Positions 38,514 to 47,592 of a stretch of DNA of 64,000 bases are shown here, in pieces. The position numbers and the translations under genes are program-made. Where the stretch lies: the IMG/VR virus record IMGVR_UViG_3300013102_000032, positions 8,609 to 72,608 of that record; one strand, 5' to 3'. Each line of letters begins with the position of its first letter. Position 1 is the stretch's first letter. The notes beneath the pieces are model-generated. The model made no database searches and was not told the DNA's origin. It saw only the letters and a program-made list of their open reading frames with translations. Origin of the DNA: a virus.

Positions 38514-39305
38514 TTACTTACCACTTTGACCAAGCATAGTTTTTCCACGCTCAGATTCAATATCTTGTAATTTATCATATGTAATTTCGCTAACAGTTGC
38601 TTTTGGCACTAGATCAACTGTTCCTTGTGCGATTGCCTTTGAAAGCGGATAGTATATGTATTTCTCATCTTCTTCTACTTTATCTACTAAACTTGAAATG
38701 ACAACTGATTTGCGTAATGGAGTTAATGCAATAAACATTTCATTACGGAATCCACTATCGACAACACCTGCAAGTACGCTCATAGACTGCACTCCTGTAC
38801 TACCTCGCTCATGCTTCAAGTTTAGATAATGAGTATTCGGCATCGCCACCGCTAATCCTGTTGGTACTAATGTCGTTGTTAATACAGGGCATAATGCCTC
38901 GTAGTAAACAGTTCCATCTTCTAACTTGTTTGGGTAAGCTTCTAAATTAGCATAGATGTCATACCCTGCATCCTCATCACGCTTAGATGGAATAATTGCA
39001 TCTTCACGTACCTTTGCAAAGTATACTTGTGGATAGAAGATATTATTAATTAACTTGATAGCTTCATCTATCTTGTTTCCACCTGTAGATTTTACTAGCT
39101 TTTCTTTAGCAGAATACTTTAACTTGTCGAAGCCCCACATTTTATCTGTGTGTTCTTTTGTTTCGTTGCCGTCTTTATACGTTACAGTCATAGTTAAGTC
39201 TTCTTTGTTGATACTCTTAACTTTTCCTTCTTTTTTCAGCTCAACAATCCATACAACCTCGCTATCTTTGTAGAATCGTTTTTGTTTTTTATTTTCGTTT
39301 GTCAT
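38514..39305 (-). CDS. dut: Trimeric dUTPase with N-terminal extra domain
   Basis: DAGYD, VPTG, ERGSTG, GVVDSGFRNE, IAQ, SERG..LGQSG. Confidence 0.9.
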   Translation of the reverse strand: MTNENKKQKRFYKDSEVVWIVELKKEGKVKSINKEDLTMTVTYKDGNETKEHTDKMWGFDKLKYSAKEKLVKSTGGNKIDEAIKLINNIFYPQVYFAKVREDAIIPSKRDEDAGYDIYANLEAYPNKLEDGTVYYEALCPVLTTTLVPTGLAVAMPNTHYLNLKHERGSTGVQSMSVLAGVVDSGFRNEMFIALTPLRKSVVISSLVDKVEEDEKYIYYPLSKAIAQGTVDLVPKATVSEITYDKLQDIESERGKTMLGQSGK

Positions 39306-39364
39306 TGTGGAATTTCCCCTTTTGTTTTAATTAATAATAGAGTAGACTATTTATCTACTCTATT

Positions 39365-39393
39365 ATTATATCATTATTTTTTGCGACTGTCAA
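39365..39393 (-). promoter_or_regulatory. sigmaA-type promoter
   Basis: TTGACA-17-TATAAT with AATAATGA. Confidence 0.8.
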
Positions 39394-39417
39394 AGTATCA
39401 TGCTACGTTTTTATTAA

Positions 39418-40392
39418 TTAATAATCATAATCACTATCTCTCATTGATTCTGCAGGCGACATAAGGTATCCATTACCAACCGAAGAAAAGAAGTCATGAT
39501 TAGATGTACTTGTAGACAATCCATTTAGTACGATTGGATTTATATCATTTGCACCCTCTGGAAATAAAGGAGATAAGCCTAGGTTCATTAAAGCTTTATT
39601 CGCATTATATCTAAGGAATACTTTTACATCTTCTGTCCAACCAATTTCATCATATAGATACTCAGTGTACTTTGCTTCATTTTCGTATAGTTTATAGAGT
39701 AATGAGTAAGCCCATGCCGACAGTTCATCTTGCTCTTCCTTACTTAGCTCTTTAAATCCTAACTTAAACTTATAACCAATATATCCACCATGCTCTGACT
39801 CATCACGAATTATCAATCTAATAACTTCCGCTACGTTCATCAAAGTTTTATTTCCTAAGTAATATAGTGGAGTATAGAAACCACTATAAAACATAAACGA
39901 CTCTAGGAATACACTTGCTACCTTCTTCTGTAGAGGCGTTCCGTTTTGATAGATGTCATCGATGATAGTAGCTTTATTTTGAAGAAACTCATTCTCAGTG
40001 ATCCATTCGAAAATGTCACGAATTTCTTTGTTGGTATTCAATGTACTATAGATAGAAGAGTAACTTCTTGCATGTTCTGTTTCCATCCACTGTATTTGAT
40101 TTAATACATCGACTTCCATATCAGTTCTAGCATCATCACGAAGAGATGCTACGCCACTACGAGATTGTAGTGTGTCTAACAATGTTAATCCACCAAAGAC
40201 TTTCTCTACCAAACGCTTCTCAACGTCTGGTAGCTTACTCCAATCCGACTTATCTTTCGACACTGGCATACGTGTTGAAAACCATGTCTGAGCAGTCAGT
40301 TTCTCATATGTAATCTTATCAACTATATCTTCTACTGCATTCCAGTTTACACCTTCATACACCTTTAATTCTTGCAGTTCTTTCATTGCCAT
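39418..40392 (-). CDS. nrdF: Class Ib ribonucleotide reductase beta subunit
   Basis: GLTLLDTLQ, METEHARSYS, LESFMFYSGF, IIRDESEH, NHDFFS. Confidence 0.96.
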   Translation of the reverse strand: MAMKELQELKVYEGVNWNAVEDIVDKITYEKLTAQTWFSTRMPVSKDKSDWSKLPDVEKRLVEKVFGGLTLLDTLQSRSGVASLRDDARTDMEVDVLNQIQWMETEHARSYSSIYSTLNTNKEIRDIFEWITENEFLQNKATIIDDIYQNGTPLQKKVASVFLESFMFYSGFYTPLYYLGNKTLMNVAEVIRLIIRDESEHGGYIGYKFKLGFKELSKEEQDELSAWAYSLLYKLYENEAKYTEYLYDEIGWTEDVKVFLRYNANKALMNLGLSPLFPEGANDINPIVLNGLSTSTSNHDFFSSVGNGYLMSPAESMRDSDYDY

Positions 40393-40406
40393 TTCCGTTT
40401 TCCTCC

Positions 40407-42593
40407 TTAGATTGAGCAGTTAGCACATTCATTTACTGATACTGATTCACTTCCGTCATCAGTATAGGTACGAATATAGTAAATACTCTTAATACCATGT
40501 TTCCAAGCGTAGTTTCTAAGGATACTCAAATCTCTTGTAGTTTTTGTAGTCGGATACTCACTGCCAACTTTCCACTCATACATTCCTTCTGGTAGTTCTG
40601 ACCTCATAAACATAGTCATCGATAAACCTTGGTCTACGTGTTTCTGTGCCGTTGCATAAATATCGATTATTTTTCTTTGGTCGATATCGTAAGCCATTGT
40701 ATAATATGGAATTGTTTCATCTGACAAGTATGGTGCAGGGTAGTAAACCTTACCACGCTTACCTTCTACCCTTTCCTCAATACGTTGAGTAATCGGATGA
40801 ATACTTGCCGTAGCTTCATTCACATAAGATATACTTCCAGTAGGAGCTACCGCTAATCTATAAGCATTGTAAATTCCATGCTCCATAACTGATTCTTTTA
40901 ATGCTTTCCAGTCCTCAATAGTTGGAATATAAATTCCTTTAAATAACTTCTTAACTACTTCAAGTTGTGGCGTATATTCTTTTTCTAGATACATATTGAA
41001 GTATTCGCCAGTAGCATATTTAGACTTATCAAAATCAACGAATGTCTCTTTTCTCTCAATAGAGATGTTATTGCTCTCTACTAGAGTCCAGTAATTAAGC
41101 AACAAGAAGTAGATGTCTACAAATTCGATAGACTCTGGCGAGCCGTAATGTATCTTATTTTTAGCTAAGTAGCCATGTAAATCCATAGCTCCAAGACCTG
41201 TTGAATGATTTCTATTATTGCCGTTTACAACAGATGGCACTACGTCTACATTAGAGCTATCTGAAACTTGAGTTAAGGCTCTATGCATTACTCTAATAGA
41301 TTTTCCAACGTCTTTTGATGCCATTAGATTAGTTGTATTTGTTGATGCAAGGTTACAACTAATATCATATCCTAACTCTTTATAAGTTTGGTCATTATTA
41401 ATTACAGAATCTTTCATTACTTGAAAAATTTCTGTGCATAAATTACTCATAGTGATAATTCCGTTAATAGGATTAGCACCGTTCGCAGTATCTATATTAA
41501 TAATATATGGATATCCACTTTCATTTTGAAGATTACTAATTTCTTGTTCTAAGTCACGAGCTTTGACTTTAGATTTTCGAATGTTAGGATTATCAACCAT
41601 ATTGTCATACTCTTTTGTGATATCTACATTAGAGAATGGTACACCGTATTCTTTCTCTACATCATGAGGACTGAATAGATACATGTCAGAATTTTTCTTA
41701 ACAAGTTCGTAGAATTTGTCTGGCACTACTAACCCTAATGATAATGTTTTGATACGAGTTTTCTCATCTGCATTTTCTTTTCTTACAGATAGAAAGTCAA
41801 CAACGTCTGGATGGAATATGCTTAAGTAAACTACTCCTGCTCCGTCTCTTGCTCCGCCTTGATTAGCGTAAGAGAAAGCATCTTCTAGAATCTTCATGAT
41901 TGGTACTATACCATCAGCAAGACCTAGTACACCTTTGATTGGATCGTTGTTGGCACGCACGTTGGTAAGCACTACTCCTACACCGCCACCTATTTTAGAT
42001 AGTTGCAATACAGAGTTCTGCAGTCTGCCGATACTATTCATGTTATCGCCTACAGTCAATAGGAAGCATGACACCATTTCCCCTGCTCTCTTCTTGCCTG
42101 CGTTCAAAAATGTGGGTGTTGCAGGTTGGAATCGTTGATTAATAAGTTCATCGGCAATATCCAATGCCAACTCTTCACTACCATTAGCTAAAAGCATGGC
42201 ATTAAAAGCCAGTCGGTCTTCAAATCTCTCTAAAAACAACTTCTTATCATCTGTTTTCATTGCGTATTGTTCATAGAATTTATACGCACCCATAAAAGAG
42301 CGGAATCTATGCTTCTTGTTGTATATTTTTTGGAATAGTTTTTTTACAAACTTTCTATCGTACATTTCTACTAAATTCTTATGTATGTAATCATTTTCTA
42401 CTAAGTAGTCTAACTTCTCATCAAGCGTATGGAAAAACATTGTATGCGTATTCACATACTCTAAGAAGTAAGCCTTGACTGCTTCTTTGTCTTTATCTAA
42501 CTGAATCTTTCCATCCTTGGGAATATTAATTAAGTTATTCAACTTAAAATATGTATCCTCTTTAGCCTTACTCTTTAACTCTGGTGATTTCAA
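40407..42593 (-). CDS. nrdE: Class Ib ribonucleotide reductase alpha subunit
   Basis: QPATPTFLN, VSCFL, SNLCTEI, APTGSISY, YYIRT, C-terminal CxxC. Confidence 0.97.
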   Translation of the reverse strand: MKSPELKSKAKEDTYFKLNNLINIPKDGKIQLDKDKEAVKAYFLEYVNTHTMFFHTLDEKLDYLVENDYIHKNLVEMYDRKFVKKLFQKIYNKKHRFRSFMGAYKFYEQYAMKTDDKKLFLERFEDRLAFNAMLLANGSEELALDIADELINQRFQPATPTFLNAGKKRAGEMVSCFLLTVGDNMNSIGRLQNSVLQLSKIGGGVGVVLTNVRANNDPIKGVLGLADGIVPIMKILEDAFSYANQGGARDGAGVVYLSIFHPDVVDFLSVRKENADEKTRIKTLSLGLVVPDKFYELVKKNSDMYLFSPHDVEKEYGVPFSNVDITKEYDNMVDNPNIRKSKVKARDLEQEISNLQNESGYPYIINIDTANGANPINGIITMSNLCTEIFQVMKDSVINNDQTYKELGYDISCNLASTNTTNLMASKDVGKSIRVMHRALTQVSDSSNVDVVPSVVNGNNRNHSTGLGAMDLHGYLAKNKIHYGSPESIEFVDIYFLLLNYWTLVESNNISIERKETFVDFDKSKYATGEYFNMYLEKEYTPQLEVVKKLFKGIYIPTIEDWKALKESVMEHGIYNAYRLAVAPTGSISYVNEATASIHPITQRIEERVEGKRGKVYYPAPYLSDETIPYYTMAYDIDQRKIIDIYATAQKHVDQGLSMTMFMRSELPEGMYEWKVGSEYPTTKTTRDLSILRNYAWKHGIKSIYYIRTYTDDGSESVSVNECANCSI

Positions 42594-42948
42594 TTCTTTC
42601 CACTTCCTTCTTAAATGCTAAAACATCGTTGTCTCCACTAAATTCAAAATCAAATATTAATGGTTTATTGTATTTTTTTGATAAATCTTTTGCATTAAAA
42701 ACATATTCTGTACCGAAGTTTCTACTTCCACTTCCCACGATTCCTTTGAGATGCTTAAGATTATCTTTGTATTCTATAAAATCACTGAAAGTATTAGTTA
42801 TACTGTCATCATACGTTGGCACAATGACAATATAATCTCTATTTACCTCTTTTAAAGAATCATTAAAATCTATCTCCAAAGAATCCATATCTAGAAAGCT
42901 AACAAATTTGTAAACATTCCCTGTAACAGACATGAATACTATCAGCAT
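42568..42948 (-). CDS. nrdI: Flavodoxin NrdI
   Basis: SVTGNV, VPTY, GSGSRNFG, FEFSG. Confidence 0.93.
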   Translation of the reverse strand: MLIVFMSVTGNVYKFVSFLDMDSLEIDFNDSLKEVNRDYIVIVPTYDDSITNTFSDFIEYKDNLKHLKGIVGSGSRNFGTEYVFNAKDLSKKYNKPLIFDFEFSGDNDVLAFKKEVERIEITRVKE

Positions 42949-42950
42949 TA

Positions 42951-43193
42951 TTACTTCAATGCCTTTAGTTTTTCTGGTTGGAAGTCAAAGAATGGCTCTA
43001 CACCCTCTGCAACTACCACTGGCATAGTACGAAATTCTAATTCTTCAACAACGAAACGATAGCCTTCACGACCTTTATCTGTATCGTCTTCTATATTGAT
43101 TAAATCAAATTCGATCCCTTCACCTTTTAAAACTGCTTTAGTCATATCGCATTTTGGACAACCATTCTTCGTATAAACTGTAACTTTACTCAT
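42951..43193 (-). CDS. nrdH: Glutaredoxin-like NrdH
   Basis: YTKNGCPKC, MPVV, FQPEKL. Confidence 0.9.
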   Translation of the reverse strand: MSKVTVYTKNGCPKCDMTKAVLKGEGIEFDLINIEDDTDKGREGYRFVVEELEFRTMPVVVAEGVEPFFDFQPEKLKALK

Positions 43194-43195
43194 AA

Positions 43196-43462
43196 TTATA
43201 AATCTCCCTTTTCGTTTGTTTTAATCCAGTATCCTTCTGAGATGCTTTCAATCATTTCACTTCTGTCGTAAAATAATTCGACAGTAGTATTATCTTCTAA
43301 TTTAAAAGTTACAAGATAATTGCCATCGGCTAATTCCAATACTCTGAATATAGTGCTAGAATCATTCTTTGATACCCATTGTGAAGGGTGTAATCTAAAG
43401 TAGCTCATTGAATACCTCGCTTTTGTTCTATGTATTTTATTAAAGATAAGAATTTTCACCAC
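43196..43462 (-). CDS. Hypothetical protein
   Basis: Likely starts at ATG 43408 after GAGG. Confidence 0.5.
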   Translation of the reverse strand: MVKILIFNKIHRTKARYSMSYFRLHPSQWVSKNDSSTIFRVLELADGNYLVTFKLEDNTTVELFYDRSEMIESISEGYWIKTNEKGDL

Positions 43463-43516
43463 CCTCTAATAAATATAGTGACGGCATCTAACGAATACCG
43501 CCACATCAGTATAACC

Positions 43517-43545
43517 ATTATATCATAATCTATTATACTTGTCAA
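43517..43545 (-). promoter_or_regulatory. sigmaA-type promoter of nrd operon
   Basis: TTGACA-17-TATAAT, TG extended. Confidence 0.75.
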
Positions 43546-43566
43546 TTAGTTGGCTACATCTTAATA

Positions 43567-45057
43567 TTAATAATATGCTTCTATTAAACCTTTTTCTTCT
43601 GCCCATTCTTTTATAAATTCCTTCTCTTCTTCTCTGACTGGACGATTAGCAAATCCTCTTGCTTGACGTATATTAAAACCACGTACTTCAATCGTAGCTA
43701 ATGGTTTGTCAATTTCTTCTACATCACGTAAGAATAGAATCTTACATTTATCGCTAATAATATCTTTAGAGTAAGAAGCGACACAATGGGATAGCTGATT
43801 TCCTTCTTTCATAAGGTCTTCGGAAGACTGTGGAGATACAATCGCATATTTACTCTTTTTCTTTTCATAGACTAGATTTTTATAAGATTTTTTATCTACA
43901 GACAACTTAAATAACTTATGTTGCTCTTTTCCGTCATTAATTAGCTTGTAGTTCATCTGTACGACATCATGCTCTTTCTTGAGAGATTTAGGGTATTTCT
44001 CATAATCTAATCCCATACTTCTAGACATTCGTATGTAATCTCTTAAATATGTACAAGCGTTCGTGGGCGACTCGATCCCTTGAGTTAATCTACATTCTCT
44101 AAACAGGTATAATACTAGTTTTTTGATATTAGTATAATCATAGTCAACATGAATTTGCATCAGTCTCTCTATAGTATTAGAAAGTTCTTTGATGTTACTT
44201 TCATCTTTGACTATAGCCATGATATCTTGAAACTTGTTATTATCAAGATGCTTGAAGTGTCCTTGAAGCTCTTGTAATACTCTTCTGTCAATAGAAATAT
44301 CTTCTCTAATATAAGACATCATGAATCTAGGCACTTTAAGTATCTCATGAGGTTTTGTCTTAGTTGTATCTACTAAAGTATCTGCAGTTCCACTACGATA
44401 ATGATTTCCTCTAAAGAATCTATTAACGTTTGGCACACCTGCATTTGCTAATATTTGCAACCAACTATGCTCATCCGCCATAAGCCTAATTAGACCTCTC
44501 ATTATATTATTCTTTTTATTATAGCTAACGTGAGATAAGCTATTAACAACTTTATAAAGACCCTCTGTAACCTCTGTTGATATATATTGAATAAATGCAC
44601 TATCATCTAAACCAGTAAAAAACAATCTATTGGTATCGTCTAATCTATTATATCTTACATTGTCTGCATCATAGTCGTACTCAACCTCATCATTTCTCCA
44701 CACTTTAAGAGTTTTATCTACGATATCATACTCCATCTCTCGCTTAAGGTTCTCTTTTAAAGTAATCAGAAATCCTTCATCATACCTAATGCTTAAGTTT
44801 GTACGCTTTATTTTAAAACCACGATTATCTCTTCTAGAATACTCTAGATACGGAATAACAAATCTACCGCTATTGTTACAGTGCTTTCGATCAACAAAGT
44901 AATCGTTCTTACAACCTTCGCATTGTATTTTATTATCATAATAGCCATTTATTAAAGTATGTACTCCACAACTGCATACACCCACAGCTTGATGGTATCG
45001 ATTATTCCTTTTAACTATAATACCAAATCTATAATTGTCAGTTAGAGACTTGCTCAT
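43567..45057 (-). CDS. PcfJ domain protein
   Basis: DYIRM, YPKSLKKEHD, EGNQLSHCVASY, ILFLR, TIEV, QARGFANR; N-terminal Cys pairs. Confidence 0.88.
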   Translation of the reverse strand: MSKSLTDNYRFGIIVKRNNRYHQAVGVCSCGVHTLINGYYDNKIQCEGCKNDYFVDRKHCNNSGRFVIPYLEYSRRDNRGFKIKRTNLSIRYDEGFLITLKENLKREMEYDIVDKTLKVWRNDEVEYDYDADNVRYNRLDDTNRLFFTGLDDSAFIQYISTEVTEGLYKVVNSLSHVSYNKKNNIMRGLIRLMADEHSWLQILANAGVPNVNRFFRGNHYRSGTADTLVDTTKTKPHEILKVPRFMMSYIREDISIDRRVLQELQGHFKHLDNNKFQDIMAIVKDESNIKELSNTIERLMQIHVDYDYTNIKKLVLYLFRECRLTQGIESPTNACTYLRDYIRMSRSMGLDYEKYPKSLKKEHDVVQMNYKLINDGKEQHKLFKLSVDKKSYKNLVYEKKKSKYAIVSPQSSEDLMKEGNQLSHCVASYSKDIISDKCKILFLRDVEEIDKPLATIEVRGFNIRQARGFANRPVREEEKEFIKEWAEEKGLIEAYY

Positions 45058-45085
45058 TCAATCACTCCTTTTTGTTTGTATGATA

Positions 45086-45114
45086 ATTATATCATTATTT
45101 GTGTTACTTGTCAA
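45086..45114 (-). promoter_or_regulatory. sigmaA-type promoter
   Basis: TTGACA-17-TATAAT with AATAATGA. Confidence 0.8.
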
Positions 45115-45117
45115 TGA

Positions 45118-45369
45118 TTATACAGTTTTAAATTCAAAAATATCAAGCACAGTTCCTATTTGATTAAATGATTTACGTACTGATTCTCCGTTTTGTAAAT
45201 TCTCAACTTTTATATAGCTAGCGTAAGTACCTCTGTTTCCGCCTGCATACTTAACTGGAATTGAAAGCATTATCTTGTCACCAATTAAAAGGTCTTTAAA
45301 CATTTCTGCCTTGGTATTCTTTTTAATATTTACTATTTCTAGAATTTCACTTTTTAAGATAATATCCAC
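45118..45369 (-). CDS. Hypothetical protein
   Basis: GTG start after AGAGGTG (start reassigned from ORF track). Confidence 0.55.
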   Translation of the reverse strand: MDIILKSEILEIVNIKKNTKAEMFKDLLIGDKIMLSIPVKYAGGNRGTYASYIKVENLQNGESVRKSFNQIGTVLDIFEFKTV

Positions 45370-45409
45370 ACTGTCACCTCTATTCTTATTAAAATAAATA
45401 CCGTAAGAT

Positions 45410-47539
45410 TTACTTACGGTATTTTCCAATGCCTGCCGATTTAACACGATAATACTCTAGGTCGTCTGAATCAAAATTGCTAGACAATACGTATTCGACA
45501 GTCGTGCTTTCATTTTTAGTCTTCTGAATCTGTACTCCAATTGTGGTTTTACTAGTCTTAGAGTTGACTAAAGATGTGTTAAATAACAATACTTTGTCAA
45601 TAGATGAAACTGTAACCAAATCAATGTCATCATGGATATGATTAAAGTAAATTGCTTTTTTGTCGGCATATGCATTTTTAAGCATACTTCTATTTTGCTT
45701 TGTTTGATATGCTGATAACTCAATCTTAGCGACCTTACCATCCTCAAAGCCAATCAATAGATTTCCTGTGTAGTCATTTGTGACTGTTACGAATTGAATC
45801 TCTTCATCATCCAGTTTTAATAGTGATGGTAAGTATTCGCCCATTACAGAAGGTTTATGGTCTTCTAGTTCATGAGCCTTATATTTGTACACATTCTTTT
45901 TATCTGTAAATACTAATATATCAGAATTATTAGTAGTCTCAAACTCGCTAACAATTTCATCTCCATCTTTTACCTTGATAGCGAAGCCACCACGTAATGA
46001 TGTTAATGGAATTTTCTTCAAGTAACCTTCTCTAGTTACGAATACTTTTACATTGTAATCTTCAATAGATTCTTCTGCAATGTTGATTGTAGGAATTTCA
46101 CTAACTTCAATTATTTTGCTCTTACGATCTTCTCCGTATTCCTTCTTGACACTTTCTAGTTGACTGATTATCAATTTAGCCAATACAGATTTGTTATTAA
46201 TGATTTCGCCTAACTTCTCAATCTCTTTATCCAACTCTTCAATCTCAGAAATACGATTGATTAAGTATTCTTTATTAAGATGTTTTAACTTGATTTCAGC
46301 AACGTACTCCGCTTGCTTCTCATCGATACCAAACTCTTTGATTAAGTTTGATACAACGTCTTTATTAAGCTTAGTTTCACGAATGATATGAATTGCTTTA
46401 TCAACATCTAATAATACTTTCTTCAAAGCTAGTAATAGATGTTTCTTCTCTATTTTCTTATTGATGTCAAAGTTAGCCCCACGCTTAATTGCGTTGGCTC
46501 TAAACTTAACCCACTCGCTAACTATTTGTTTTACGCCTAGTACTTGTGGACGACCATCAACAACGATATTGAAGTTACAAGAAAAAGCATCTTCTAATGC
46601 AGTCATTTTATATAATTTCTCAACCAATAGCTCTTTGTTAGTGCCTTTTTTAACAATGACTTCGATACCCTTAGTTTCATTGCCATAAATATCGTCAACA
46701 TCAACTACCTCTTTTAAACTACCGCTCTTTACAAGTGCTGAAATTTTATCAATGATAGCTTCATACTTTGTTTCATATGGCAGTTCCTCAAAGATAATTG
46801 AGTTCTCTGTTATAGTATGGGTAGCACGAATCCTTACAGAGCCTACTCCTGTATCTAGAATCTTATCCATCTCTTTCTGATTATAGATTATATTACCACC
46901 TGTAGGAAAGTCTGGTGCTTTGATGTAGTCAGATACCACAACATTTTTAGGATTCTTGATGAATGCTACTGTGAAATCAATAACCTCTTTCAAATTGAAA
47001 GATGCAATATTAGTAGACATACCAACGGCAGTTCCAGTTTGCACATTCGTCAAAATATTAGGGAATGTAACTGGCAATAACTTAGGCTCTTTCATTTCTG
47101 AATCATAGTTATCTACCATTTCAACAGTGTCTTTATTAATATCTGCAAATAGCTCTTTTGCTATTTTTGCCAACTTAACCTCTGTGTAACGTGCAGAAGC
47201 GTATTTCATATCTCTAGAATATTGCTTACCAAAGTTCCCTTTAGAGTTAATATATGGCAATAGCAAGGCTTCGTTATCTGTAGCCATACGCACCATTGCT
47301 TCATAAATCGCTCCATCACCATGAGGATGTAGGAACATCGTAGAACCTACAACCCCTTGTGATTTTTTACGATTACTATTTAATAACCCCATCAGATACA
47401 TTGTATACAATATTCTTCGTTGAGACGGTTTAAATCCATCGATCTCTGGTAACGCTCGATACAAAATTACGTATGCTGAGTACGGCATGAAATTTGTAAC
47501 CAAGCTATCTGTAATATTATGTTTTAACATTTGTGTCAT
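45410..47539 (-). CDS. Type IIA topoisomerase subunit A (GyrA/ParC-like)
   Basis: RALPEIDGFKPSQRRILY, HPHGD, GNFG, ARYTE, PDFPTGG. Confidence 0.95.
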   Translation of the reverse strand: MTQMLKHNITDSLVTNFMPYSAYVILYRALPEIDGFKPSQRRILYTMYLMGLLNSNRKKSQGVVGSTMFLHPHGDGAIYEAMVRMATDNEALLLPYINSKGNFGKQYSRDMKYASARYTEVKLAKIAKELFADINKDTVEMVDNYDSEMKEPKLLPVTFPNILTNVQTGTAVGMSTNIASFNLKEVIDFTVAFIKNPKNVVVSDYIKAPDFPTGGNIIYNQKEMDKILDTGVGSVRIRATHTITENSIIFEELPYETKYEAIIDKISALVKSGSLKEVVDVDDIYGNETKGIEVIVKKGTNKELLVEKLYKMTALEDAFSCNFNIVVDGRPQVLGVKQIVSEWVKFRANAIKRGANFDINKKIEKKHLLLALKKVLLDVDKAIHIIRETKLNKDVVSNLIKEFGIDEKQAEYVAEIKLKHLNKEYLINRISEIEELDKEIEKLGEIINNKSVLAKLIISQLESVKKEYGEDRKSKIIEVSEIPTINIAEESIEDYNVKVFVTREGYLKKIPLTSLRGGFAIKVKDGDEIVSEFETTNNSDILVFTDKKNVYKYKAHELEDHKPSVMGEYLPSLLKLDDEEIQFVTVTNDYTGNLLIGFEDGKVAKIELSAYQTKQNRSMLKNAYADKKAIYFNHIHDDIDLVTVSSIDKVLLFNTSLVNSKTSKTTIGVQIQKTKNESTTVEYVLSSNFDSDDLEYYRVKSAGIGKYRK

Positions 47540-47563
47540 TCATATCATCCTTTCATTACTACA

Positions 47564-47592
47564 AGTATACCATTATTTTTTGCATTAGTCAA
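47564..47592 (-). promoter_or_regulatory. sigmaA-type promoter overlapping topo B stop
   Basis: TTGACT-17-TATACT with AATAATGG. Confidence 0.65.
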
